DNA from: Elusimicrobiota bacterium | Lineage (GTDB): Bacteria; Elusimicrobiota; Elusimicrobia; UBA1565; UBA9628 | Direction of reading: 5' to 3' | Assembly (NCBI GenBank): GCA_036676805.1 | Contig: JAKFCD010000056.1 | Coordinates: forward strand, 2,966 to 66,965 | DNA length: 64,000 bases | Shown: positions 55,818 to 64,000 of the stretch, in pieces | Layout: every line of letters begins with the position of its first letter | Numbering within the stretch: position 1 is the first letter of the stretch | The notes under the pieces: model-generated | Databases searched by the model: none | Told to the model about the DNA's origin: nothing | The model's input: the letters and a program-made list of their open reading frames with translations, nothing else | Made by a program: the position numbers and the translations under genes

Positions 55818-55855
55818 CCCTGGACGTAGCGAAGTGAAGAACGATGACGCGTTCC

Positions 55856-58081
55856 TTAGTTTCCTCGTAGCTTAGGCTGAGGTATCGAAAAGCGGCTCAG
55901 CAGCCCGTCAAACAACGGGTCCGCGGCGTGAGGACGAGATGCCTCCTTCTCGTCCAAGATGCGGTAAACGGCGACCCAGCGTTCAGGATAAACCTTGACT
56001 TCGAATTCCCGTACGGCGTACCGCTTCCAGAAGGCTGCCAACTTCAATAATGTGGCGGGCGGCACGTTCGTCCATAAGCGTCTTCGTTCCATCTCGCTGA
56101 GGTTGATCAGGACGTAGTCAAGCCTCTCAGCCTTCAACTGGCTCCTCAATTCCTCCGGAGTTGCGCTGCGGCCGGCCCAAAGCTCGAGCAGGGATGGGTT
56201 ATCGTCTGACGCGGTTCTGTATCGACGGCGCAGATAAAACCCCCGCGGGTCGCCGTAAAGGATGACGCCGCTGTCCTTCGGCGTGTGCTCGTTGATGTAC
56301 TCGATCCCGGAGTAGGGCGGGCTGACGTAGGAGACGACGTAGTGGGTGAGATACTCGCCGAAGCCCTTCTTCCCCATGTAGACGCCGAGTTTGGCCTGAT
56401 CCACGGCGAGGCCTACCCACAGCAGGCCGTAGACCGCGCAGCAGGCGCCTGCGACCCCCAGGAGGGCGGTCCTGAAGGCGGGCGGCCGCATCTGCGCGAT
56501 GACGCAGGAGACGAGCAGCGTCGCCAGGGCGAGATGCGGGATGAAGTAGCGCGTGATCTCGGTCAGCAGGCTGAGGGACAACCACGAAAGGAGCGCGGCC
56601 CACGCCAGCACGCGCTCGGTGTCCCGGAGCTTCGCCAAGAACACGAGCGGCGTCAGGCAGGCGACGAATAGTCCCGTGGATTGGAACATGTCCTTCAAGA
56701 AGAGGAAGCGCGCGGGGAACGCGGCGTAGCTCATCCAGCCCGAAAGACTGAGCAGCGAGTAGTTCTTGCTCATGCCGCCCGCGGCCATGCCGCGCCAGTT
56801 CGGGATGAAGTCCGCCTTGCCGACGATGAAATCGTGGAAGAAGGGATAGAGCGGGTTCTTGTAGAACCAGACGTTCTTCAGGCCCCACGGGGCTAGGACG
56901 GCGGCGGCGACTCCCAGGACCCAAAGGAGTTCCTTGACGCTCGCGCCGTGCAGGCGGCCGGGCTCGGATGGGGCGTCGGACGGCGGCGGAGAAAAGCGCA
57001 GGAAGAGCAGCGGGACCATCGCGACGGGAAGCAGCCAAGCTTGATATTTCGTCGCCATGGCAAAGCCCAGGAAAGCGCCGGAGACGATCATCCAAGCCCT
57101 CCTGCCCGCGCCTCCCGGGGGCTCGGCGAGCGCGTAGACCAGCGAAGCGAACCAGCACAGTTCGAGCAGCGCCCACTCCATGCCGACCGAGACGCTGAAA
57201 CTTTCCGTCAAAACGACCGGCACGATGAAAAATGCCGCAGCCGCCAGGGGGCCGGCCGCAGCGCGCCCGACCCGGCGCGAATAGCCGATCATCCCGATCC
57301 CTACCCATAGGGCCATGCTGTGATGGAGCAGGTAGGCCGTGATGCCCCAGGAATCCAAGGCCAGCGCCCATCCGTACAGCATCTGCGGAAGCCCCGGAAT
57401 TCCCGAATAGGAGATCTCAGGGGTCGGGAATATCTTCCCTTGCTGGATGAACATGGAGGGAAGGCCGAGGTGATATTGGAGGGCGTCGTAAAAGGTCTCG
57501 GGAATCAGCGCGTAGCGCGCCGTGCAGAGCCAGACGAAGATCACACCGATGATCGCGTACAGGCTGGGAATGTCGAATCGTTCGGCTTCAGCGCCAGCGG
57601 AAGCGGGCGCGGCGCGTCGATAGAGGCTCCAGCCGTCGAGCGCGGCCAGGATGAGCGCTGCCGCCAGCAGGCCCAGCAGCACGCCGCGCGACCAGAGGCC
57701 GGCCAATCCCAGAAGGAGCAAGACCGTGCCGGCCGCGCCGTAGCCCAGCCCGAAGCTCAACGCGAGCGCTTCCCAAGCGTTGTGGAGCCTGACGCCGGCC
57801 AGATGCAGGAGACGGCGGCCGATTCCCAGGAGCGCGATCGTCACGCCCGCCAGCGCCGCAAAATATTTCGCGTGGCGCAGAGAAGCATCCAAAGTCGGAA
57901 GCACAGCCCACGGTGAGTTCAGCCACTGATCGAGGATAGGCCCAACGGGAATCTTGGCCTGCTTGAAAAACCAGACCGCGACAAACCCTGTCCAGGCAAA
58001 GACGACGACAATTCCCCATAGAGGAAAATCGGGGACGGTCGCGGTTATCTCCGTGAGTCTTTGCTTCTTGGAGCGCTTCAC
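55856..58081 (-). CDS. GT-C superfamily (ArnT/PMT-like) polytopic glycosyltransferase
   Basis: Many TM segments; FYDALQYHLGLP, ATKYQA and PWGLKNVWFYKNPLYPF. Confidence 0.75.
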   Translation of the reverse strand: MKRSKKQRLTEITATVPDFPLWGIVVVFAWTGFVAVWFFKQAKIPVGPILDQWLNSPWAVLPTLDASLRHAKYFAALAGVTIALLGIGRRLLHLAGVRLHNAWEALALSFGLGYGAAGTVLLLLGLAGLWSRGVLLGLLAAALILAALDGWSLYRRAAPASAGAEAERFDIPSLYAIIGVIFVWLCTARYALIPETFYDALQYHLGLPSMFIQQGKIFPTPEISYSGIPGLPQMLYGWALALDSWGITAYLLHHSMALWVGIGMIGYSRRVGRAAAGPLAAAAFFIVPVVLTESFSVSVGMEWALLELCWFASLVYALAEPPGGAGRRAWMIVSGAFLGFAMATKYQAWLLPVAMVPLLFLRFSPPPSDAPSEPGRLHGASVKELLWVLGVAAAVLAPWGLKNVWFYKNPLYPFFHDFIVGKADFIPNWRGMAAGGMSKNYSLLSLSGWMSYAAFPARFLFLKDMFQSTGLFVACLTPLVFLAKLRDTERVLAWAALLSWLSLSLLTEITRYFIPHLALATLLVSCVIAQMRPPAFRTALLGVAGACCAVYGLLWVGLAVDQAKLGVYMGKKGFGEYLTHYVVSYVSPPYSGIEYINEHTPKDSGVILYGDPRGFYLRRRYRTASDDNPSLLELWAGRSATPEELRSQLKAERLDYVLINLSEMERRRLWTNVPPATLLKLAAFWKRYAVREFEVKVYPERWVAVYRILDEKEASRPHAADPLFDGLLSRFSIPQPKLRGN

Positions 58082-58145
58082 GTTGTGAGTTTATAACATT
58101 GAGGTTGATCGGGCCGAAGGCGTTCGCCGGAGTTTGCGGGCGCGC

Positions 58146-59027
58146 TTAGAAGCGCGCGCCGAGGCTGAACCGGTGCGAGCGCCCGAGCTCGCCCGAGGGC
58201 AGGACGGCGTAGTCGAGGCTCCACTTCTCGTTCCGGAAGCCCAGTCCCAAAGTCAGGCCCCTGGCGACGTCGAAGCCCGAACCGCCGGTGATGGCCGTGC
58301 GCGTCGTGTACCCGGCGCGCAGGAACACGTTCTTGACCGCCTGGTACTCGCCGCCGAAGGAGGCGTCCGTCCCCGCCCCCCGTGGCCCGTTCACCGCCTC
58401 GGCCGCCGCCGCATGGCCGCCATTAAACCGGTAGGCCGCGCCGACCGTGAGCCGCAGCGGCAGGTCATTGCGCTGATCCTGGTACTTGAGGCCGGGGCCG
58501 AGGTTTCTCAGCGCCGCGCCGACGCTCACCCGGTCGAAGGCCCGCTTGGCGCCGATATCGGCGGCGACGCTCTGCGCCTGCGTCCCGGCGATGTGGCTTT
58601 GCAGGTACTTGACGGTCGCGCCCAACTCGGCGATATCCAGCTTGCGCGCGTAGCCGAGGCTTAACGCCGCGTCCGAGGCGTCGTAGCCCGCCGTCCGGCG
58701 TCCCAGGCTGTCGCGGCCTTCGAGCTTGCCCTGGCTCAGGTAGGTCAGGCCCGCCGCGAAAGTCCCCTGGCTGGTCGGATGGGCGTAAGCCAGGAAGTCG
58801 AGCCGCGTACTCTCGAAGAGCTCGGCGTGGCTGGCCGTGAACTCGCGCTTCTCAAGCTTGGACAAACCGGCGGGGTTCCAGTACAGCGAGTTCGCGTCGT
58901 CGGCCAGCGCCGTGTAAGCCCCTCCCATGCCGAGCGCTCGCGCGCCCACGCCGATGTCCAGGAACGACGCCGTCTCGGCGCCGAACACCGAACTCGCCAG
59001 CAGCAGGACCGCCAGGAGGGCTCTCAC
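58146..59027 (-). CDS. PorV/PorQ (UPF0164)-family beta-barrel protein
   Basis: ASFLDIGVGARALGMGGAYTALADDANSLYWNPAGL...DYAVLPSGELGRSHRFSLGARF. Confidence 0.88.
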   Translation of the reverse strand: MRALLAVLLLASSVFGAETASFLDIGVGARALGMGGAYTALADDANSLYWNPAGLSKLEKREFTASHAELFESTRLDFLAYAHPTSQGTFAAGLTYLSQGKLEGRDSLGRRTAGYDASDAALSLGYARKLDIAELGATVKYLQSHIAGTQAQSVAADIGAKRAFDRVSVGAALRNLGPGLKYQDQRNDLPLRLTVGAAYRFNGGHAAAAEAVNGPRGAGTDASFGGEYQAVKNVFLRAGYTTRTAITGGSGFDVARGLTLGLGFRNEKWSLDYAVLPSGELGRSHRFSLGARF

Positions 59028-62000
59028 TTGATCACCCCCACCCCGCCGGTCTTGCGGACGTCCGGCTGTCCCGACTTCTTGGCCGTGATAACGAACCTGT
59101 AGACGCCCGAGCCGACCCCGGACACGTTCCAGACGTGGTCGTACGTGTTCTGGGCGCCCTTGCCGTTGCCGTCATCGACGGCGCCCAGGAACCGGAAGTC
59201 CGAGGAGGAGTGAACCTTCCGGCCCGCCACGTCGTAGACGCGCACCTCGATCGAGTCCGCCGAGCCCGGCTGCATGCGGAAGGTCACCGCCGAGCCGTTT
59301 CGGGAGGGATTCGGGAAGGCGTAGCCGTCGCGCAGGCCGAAGTCGTCGACGGCGGCCACCCCGATGCCGCCCAAGGCGCCCACCTGGTAGGCCGAGAAGT
59401 GGGTCGTCTCGGCGTTGACGGTCTTGGCCTTCTTGTCCACCGTGGAGGGCATTGCCTGCCATTCCTGGAGGGTCGGGTTCCAATAGTAGACCTTGAGGTC
59501 GTCCTCCCGCAGACCCCGGGAGGCCATAAGGTTGGCGTCGTAGGGTATTGTTAAGGTCACCGGCGCGCTGAAGGTCGTTCCCTCGGGGCCGTACTGAATC
59601 TCGTCCGAGACGGCCGTTATCTTCAGTTCCCGGCGCTTGGCCTCCTTGGGCTCCTTGTCGACGTTCTCGTCGCCCTTCTCGACCGTGATTTCGAGGTCGG
59701 CGGCGAGCGCGCCCTTGGGCACGCGCACACCCGAGCCGTCGTCGCGCGAGACCGCGGCGCCGTCCTTGTGGTCGACGACGCGGCGCGCCGGCTCCTCCGA
59801 CTCGGAGGCGAATTCACCGCCTCCGCTGGAGAGGGAGGCCAGGCCGCCGTCCGCGGGCGGCAGCGCGTAACGCACGATGCGATCGCGGCCGGTGTCGGTG
59901 ACCCAGATGGAGCCGTCGGGCGCTACGGCCGCGTCGATGGGCTGTGTCAGCCAGCGCTTCGCCTTCTTGTCGGCAAGGCTCAGCCCGGCCTTCGTGCCGA
60001 AGGCGAGCAAGCCCTTGCCCCGCGGATCGAACTTCTGCACCCGGTCCCGGTTGGGCTCGACGACGTACAGCGCTCCGAGGCGGTCCGAAGCCAGGCCGCG
60101 CATGCGCGAGAGCTCGCCTACCGCCGAGTCCGCGCCGCTGATGGTCTTGATCAAGCCCCCCGAGCGGCTGAAGAGATGAATGACTTCGAGCTCCTTGTCC
60201 GTGACCCACAGTCCCTCGGACGTAAGCGCGAGGCCGCGGATCTCCGAAGTGGACAGGAACACTGCCGCTCCGAATTCACGCAGGAAGGCGCCGGAGGCGT
60301 CGAACACCGCGACCCGGCGGTTGCCCGAGTCGGCGGCGTAGACGTCGCCGTTGGCGTCCACAGCCACGTCGAAGGGACGGCGCAGCTCCCCGAGGCCCGA
60401 GCCGGACCGGCCGAACTGGAGCAGCAGCGTCTGCCCGTCGGGCGAGAGCTTGACCACGCGGTTCAAGTCCCGGTCGGCGACGTACAGGCTGCCGGCCGCG
60501 TCGAGCGCCAGGCCCTGCGGGGTCTTGAAGAGCCGGTCGCCCTGACCCCGCTCCTCGTCGTCGCGGTCCTTGTCCTTCTTCCCCTTCTTGTCTTCTTTGT
60601 CATCCCCGCTGTGTCCCGGAGCGCGGCCAGCCGCGCCGAGCAGGACGCCCGCGGGGCTGATCAGGAGAATCTGGTCGTTCTCCGTACTCGCGACCCAGAT
60701 CGACCCGTCCGAGCGGACCGCGATGCCGGTCGGGCCTTTCAGGTCCGAGACGATCGCGTCCGAGTTCTTGCGCCCGATCGCGAAGGTCATGACCGGCGCG
60801 CCCACGAAGACGGTCGCCGTCGCCTGCGCGGCGTTGCCGAAGGCGTCGACCGCGCGGAAGCGCATGGTCTGATAGCCGGACAAGGCGGCCGTGTTCCAGG
60901 CGGCGATGAGGCCCGAGAGATTGCCCGCGCCGGAGGCGATCGCCGTGAAGCCGCCGGCCGCCGCCGCGCCGGGCGCTGCCTCGAGCGTCCAGCTCACGGC
61001 GCTCGCGTCCGTGACCGCCCCGCGCACGTCGACGACGCCCCCCAACGCCTGCTCGATCCCGGAAGCCGCGGCGCCAGGGAAATCCAATCGAACGAGCGGC
61101 GGCGTAGTGTCGGTGACCGGGCTCGTGACGGTGATCGAGACGACCTGCGCCGTCTCCAGGTTTCCGGCCCCGTCGCGGCTGCGGAAGGCAAGCGAATGCC
61201 CGCCGGGAGAAAGCGACAGGGTCGAGACGAATACCGCCTCGGCGGTGCCATCGAGGGAATACAATGTCTCAAGAACCCCAGTACCCGCGTCGATCGCGGC
61301 GAAGGCCACCGAGTCCGTGGAGGCCAGGATCAAGCCGCCGTTGCCGGCGGCTTGGCCATTAACCAGGAGCGTCGTGACCGGGGCGATCGAGTCCAGCGTG
61401 AAGGTCGAGGCCGCCGAGGCCTGATTGCCCGCCAAGTCGGCGACCTGGACCGCGACGACGTGGGCGCCTTCGGAGAGGGGAGCGCTCGAGGTGAAGACTG
61501 CCGAGGAGGCGGTCACGACAGCCTGCGCGGTCACGTCGACGCCGTCGAGACTGAGACGGATGGAGGCGGCGTCCACGCCGCGACCGGCGTCGGAATAGAC
61601 GGCCGCGATCTGGGGCGCCGTCGTCGCGACGGTGCTGCCGACGGCCGGCGTCAAGACGACGGCCGGAGGCGTCACGTCATAGAGCAGGACGTCGAGGGCG
61701 ACGTTCTTGGGCGCCTCGGCATTCCCCGCGTCGTCGACGCTGAAGAACACGAGGGAGTGCGCCCCGGCGGCCAGGCTGAACGTCGAGGTGTAGACGGTCG
61801 GAACGCCCCCGTCCAGCGCATACTCCGTCCGCGCGACCCCGGTCCCGGCGTCGGCCGAAACGAAGCCGAACGCATCGGTCGAGACGACCACCAAGGCCGT
61901 CGTCGCAGAGTCGAGGCCGTTCACTTGGAGGATCGTCTCCGGCGGTAGGGAGTCCACGAAGAAGCGCGCCGCGGCGGACGCCTCGTTGCCGGCAAGGTCC

Positions 62001-64000
62001 GCGAGCGAAATCGAGACGACGTGCGCGCCCTGCGCCAGAGCCGCGGAGAAGGCCGCCGAGGACGCGGAGACGGCGGCCCGCGTGGTCACGTCCACGCCGT
62101 CGAGCGCCAGGCGCACCGAGGAGACGTCGACGCCGCGTCCCGAGTCGCCGTAGGCCGCGACGATCAAGGGCACGTCAGTCGTGATCGTGCTCCCGTCGAT
62201 GATGGAGAAAGACGCCGTCGGGGGCGCCGCGTCGTAAAGCAGGACATCGAGCGTGACCGACCGCGCGGTCTCGACGTTGCCGACGCGATCCACGCCGCGG
62301 AAGGAGATGACATGGCTGCCGGCCGGCAAAGTGAACGTCGAGGCATAGACCTGCTCAACGGTCCCGTCCAGGGCGTAGAGGATGTGAGAAACGCCGGCCC
62401 CTGAGTCGGAGGCGGACAACCCCAGAGTATTCGTCGAGACCAGGACGGCGCCGGAGGCCGTCATAGGTACGCCGTCTACGAGCAGGACGGACTCAGGCGC
62501 CGCGGCATCGACGAGAACCGGCAAGCTTCCCCGCGTCTCAGCGTTGGCGACGTTGTCTTTGGCGAAGTAGTAGACGACGTGCTCGCCCGCCGGCAAACTA
62601 AAGGACCCCGCGTAGCTTGGATTGGCGCAAGTGCCGTTGGGAGCTCCCGCGTCGGGCGTTGCGCCCGCGCAAGCGGGAAGCGCCGGGTCCGCGTCGACGA
62701 CGTAGAAGACGCCGCCCAGTCCCGACGCGACGCCGTTCGAGACGGGATCGACGGCCGATAGGGAGATCGCCGCCGCCGAGGAGACCGCAAGGCCGCCCGA
62801 GACGCCCGCCACGCTCGAGCCGAGAACCTGCGGCGTCGTGACCGGCGCGGTCGTATCGACCGACACGGCGCTCGAACGGACGACCTCGACGTTCCCGGCG
62901 TTGTCCGCGCTGAAGAAAGCCAGCTCATGCAGGCCCTCGGCGCTCAGGGAGAATGTCGACGCGAAGCGCGAGAAAGGCGCGGTCGAGGGGCCGTCCACGC
63001 GGTAGTTCGTATAGGCGACTCCGGACGCGGTCGCCGCCACGACCGGGTCGTAGGCGCTGAAGCCGAAGCCGGCGGATGGAGACGTGTAAAGATTTCCGGC
63101 GCCGTCCGTGAAAGTCCCATTTGCGCCGTAAGTCAACGATGTAATCGGCGCGGCGCGGTCTTTCACTACGCCGAATACGGCGAAGATCGAGGACAGGGAC
63201 GGCACGTAGCCGGTGATCGTGTTCGCGGCGGTGTCGATGGTCTGAGAGGAAACTTCCACCATCCCGGCGCCGGGGACGTACTGGTATATCTTGATATCGC
63301 CGGGCAAGAGACCCAGGGAAGCCAGTGCGTCCGGGGAGTAAACGAACGTCATCTGCGCGTAGGGATTGAACACCGCCCCTTCCGGACCGAGATCATAGAT
63401 CGAACTGACGAGGGTGAGCCCCTGCGCGCTCGATGTCGCCAGCACGATGGTGCCCGGAGCCGTGGCGGTCGACACCGGGACGAAGCTGATGGGAACGTTG
63501 GCGGAGAAGGTGAACTCCGGCTGGCCCCCAACAACGGCCGCGCTGCGGACCCGCGAGACGACGTTGCTCAAGGCCGAAACGCCTCCGAGCGAGTCCACGC
63601 TCTTGAGCGCGGCGAAAAAGGAACTCTCCGCCGCGTCCGCGACAACGAAGCTCTGGACGACGCCCGGCGCGGCGGGTGAAGGCGCCGTCAGCGGGGAAGC
63701 CGAGGCGAAGTTCGCCGCTGTGATCGGGAAGGTGGCCCGGCGCAGATCGTAGCTCGCGAGGGGAGCAGCGGAAGCGGGCGCGGTCCAACTAAGCGTGAGG
63801 GACAACGCGCTCTCGATGGCGATGGAAAGATCCGCCACGGCCGCCGGCCGCGCCGGCGCGGCTACGGTGAAACCGTCGCGAAGAATCGAGGAACGCCCGA
63901 ATACGTCGTCGACCACGACGTCCCACGTCCCGGTCGGTTGCCCGGCCAAATCGAAGACGCCGGTCAGCAGCGACGCGCTGGGGGACGCGATCCCCGTCGC
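59024..64000 (-). CDS. Giant surface protein (5'-truncated): Fn3, Ig-like repeats, NHL beta-propeller, ZU5-like and T9SS-CTD-like domain
   Basis: The frame is open to the window end. It has D..AP.T...Y.LDG...G.H.....S.D..GN.E repeats, NHL repeats (P.G.A.D..G.LYVAD..N.RV) and a C-terminus AFPNPS...VYDVAGRKV...WNVSGVGSGVY. Confidence 0.85.
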   Translation of the reverse strand, partial: ATGIASPSASLLTGVFDLAGQPTGTWDVVVDDVFGRSSILRDGFTVAAPARPAAVADLSIAIESALSLTLSWTAPASAAPLASYDLRRATFPITAANFASASPLTAPSPAAPGVVQSFVVADAAESSFFAALKSVDSLGGVSALSNVVSRVRSAAVVGGQPEFTFSANVPISFVPVSTATAPGTIVLATSSAQGLTLVSSIYDLGPEGAVFNPYAQMTFVYSPDALASLGLLPGDIKIYQYVPGAGMVEVSSQTIDTAANTITGYVPSLSSIFAVFGVVKDRAAPITSLTYGANGTFTDGAGNLYTSPSAGFGFSAYDPVVAATASGVAYTNYRVDGPSTAPFSRFASTFSLSAEGLHELAFFSADNAGNVEVVRSSAVSVDTTAPVTTPQVLGSSVAGVSGGLAVSSAAAISLSAVDPVSNGVASGLGGVFYVVDADPALPACAGATPDAGAPNGTCANPSYAGSFSLPAGEHVVYYFAKDNVANAETRGSLPVLVDAAAPESVLLVDGVPMTASGAVLVSTNTLGLSASDSGAGVSHILYALDGTVEQVYASTFTLPAGSHVISFRGVDRVGNVETARSVTLDVLLYDAAPPTASFSIIDGSTITTDVPLIVAAYGDSGRGVDVSSVRLALDGVDVTTRAAVSASSAAFSAALAQGAHVVSISLADLAGNEASAAARFFVDSLPPETILQVNGLDSATTALVVVSTDAFGFVSADAGTGVARTEYALDGGVPTVYTSTFSLAAGAHSLVFFSVDDAGNAEAPKNVALDVLLYDVTPPAVVLTPAVGSTVATTAPQIAAVYSDAGRGVDAASIRLSLDGVDVTAQAVVTASSAVFTSSAPLSEGAHVVAVQVADLAGNQASAASTFTLDSIAPVTTLLVNGQAAGNGGLILASTDSVAFAAIDAGTGVLETLYSLDGTAEAVFVSTLSLSPGGHSLAFRSRDGAGNLETAQVVSITVTSPVTDTTPPLVRLDFPGAAASGIEQALGGVVDVRGAVTDASAVSWTLEAAPGAAAAGGFTAIASGAGNLSGLIAAWNTAALSGYQTMRFRAVDAFGNAAQATATVFVGAPVMTFAIGRKNSDAIVSDLKGPTGIAVRSDGSIWVASTENDQILLISPAGVLLGAAGRAPGHSGDDKEDKKGKKDKDRDDEERGQGDRLFKTPQGLALDAAGSLYVADRDLNRVVKLSPDGQTLLLQFGRSGSGLGELRRPFDVAVDANGDVYAADSGNRRVAVFDASGAFLREFGAAVFLSTSEIRGLALTSEGLWVTDKELEVIHLFSRSGGLIKTISGADSAVGELSRMRGLASDRLGALYVVEPNRDRVQKFDPRGKGLLAFGTKAGLSLADKKAKRWLTQPIDAAVAPDGSIWVTDTGRDRIVRYALPPADGGLASLSSGGGEFASESEEPARRVVDHKDGAAVSRDDGSGVRVPKGALAADLEITVEKGDENVDKEPKEAKRRELKITAVSDEIQYGPEGTTFSAPVTLTIPYDANLMASRGLREDDLKVYYWNPTLQEWQAMPSTVDKKAKTVNAETTHFSAYQVGALGGIGVAAVDDFGLRDGYAFPNPSRNGSAVTFRMQPGSADSIEVRVYDVAGRKVHSSSDFRFLGAVDDGNGKGAQNTYDHVWNVSGVGSGVYRFVITAKKSGQPDVRKTGGVGVIK
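61130..62520 (-). repeat. Internal ~190-aa tandem repeat (about 2.5 units) in the giant surface protein
   Basis: Recurring ...LDVLLYD..PP...DSGRGVD..S.RL.LDGVDVT...ADLAGN.ASAA units; boundaries approximate. Confidence 0.7.

Larger units (their letters stand above)
11800..55850. mobile_element. Integrative conjugative element (ICE) with defence, RiPP and signalling cargo; right boundary uncertain
   Basis: Tyrosine integrase, excisionase, relaxase, T4CP, VirB4 and pilin lie next to a tRNA, with compositionally distinct cargo. The shared motif spans 20339-55356. No attR was identified, so the element may extend further right. Confidence 0.8.

Noticed and set aside
1-64000. CRISPR array, rRNA, IS transposase
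   Set aside because: No regularly spaced repeat-spacer array, rRNA-like sequence or DDE/HUH transposase motif was seen.

Overview
This is a very GC-rich bacterial window; the paired PorV-like barrels and PNP-motif passengers suggest Elusimicrobiota or a similar lineage (inference). 1-11.7 kb looks like host chromosome: a >2,700-aa envelope protein with TolC-like repeats, a DinG helicase, DUF962, an outer-membrane beta-barrel and tRNA-Ser(GCT). Immediately 5' of the tRNA begins what appears to be an integrative conjugative element (ICE) of at least 44 kb; its right end was not found. The element carries: (i) a defence island at 12-19 kb (DUF5677, PD-(D/E)xK nuclease, RloC-like ATPase/HEPN split by an in-frame TAA, TIR protein, Mrr-like nuclease); (ii) int/xis; (iii) a translationally coupled transfer operon (RHH, MOB-C-type relaxase, VirD4, pilin, SSB, VirB3/4/5/6/8/9/10-like) that also contains a PorV-like barrel and a T9SS-CTD-like passenger; (iv) its own divergent sigma-54, a stand-alone DHp-like protein and an NtrC-like activator; (v) a B12 radical-SAM RiPP cluster with an uncalled 49-aa precursor; (vi) a cassette of 50-aa peptide, peptide-binding protein, YcaO and hybrid histidine kinase that looks like a peptide quorum-sensing system; and (vii) two orphan receivers flanking an alphaCTD/sigma4/HARE protein. 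A 14-bp motif (CATRAAAATTGATC) occurs five times, always co-oriented with int, the transfer operon, the rSAM operon or a receiver gene. A 38-bp element followed by a covarying hairpin and a terminator occurs twice. The right end holds a GT-C glycosyltransferase, a second PorV-like gene and a giant 5'-truncated surface protein. All family assignments come from motif recognition by eye; no database searches were run.
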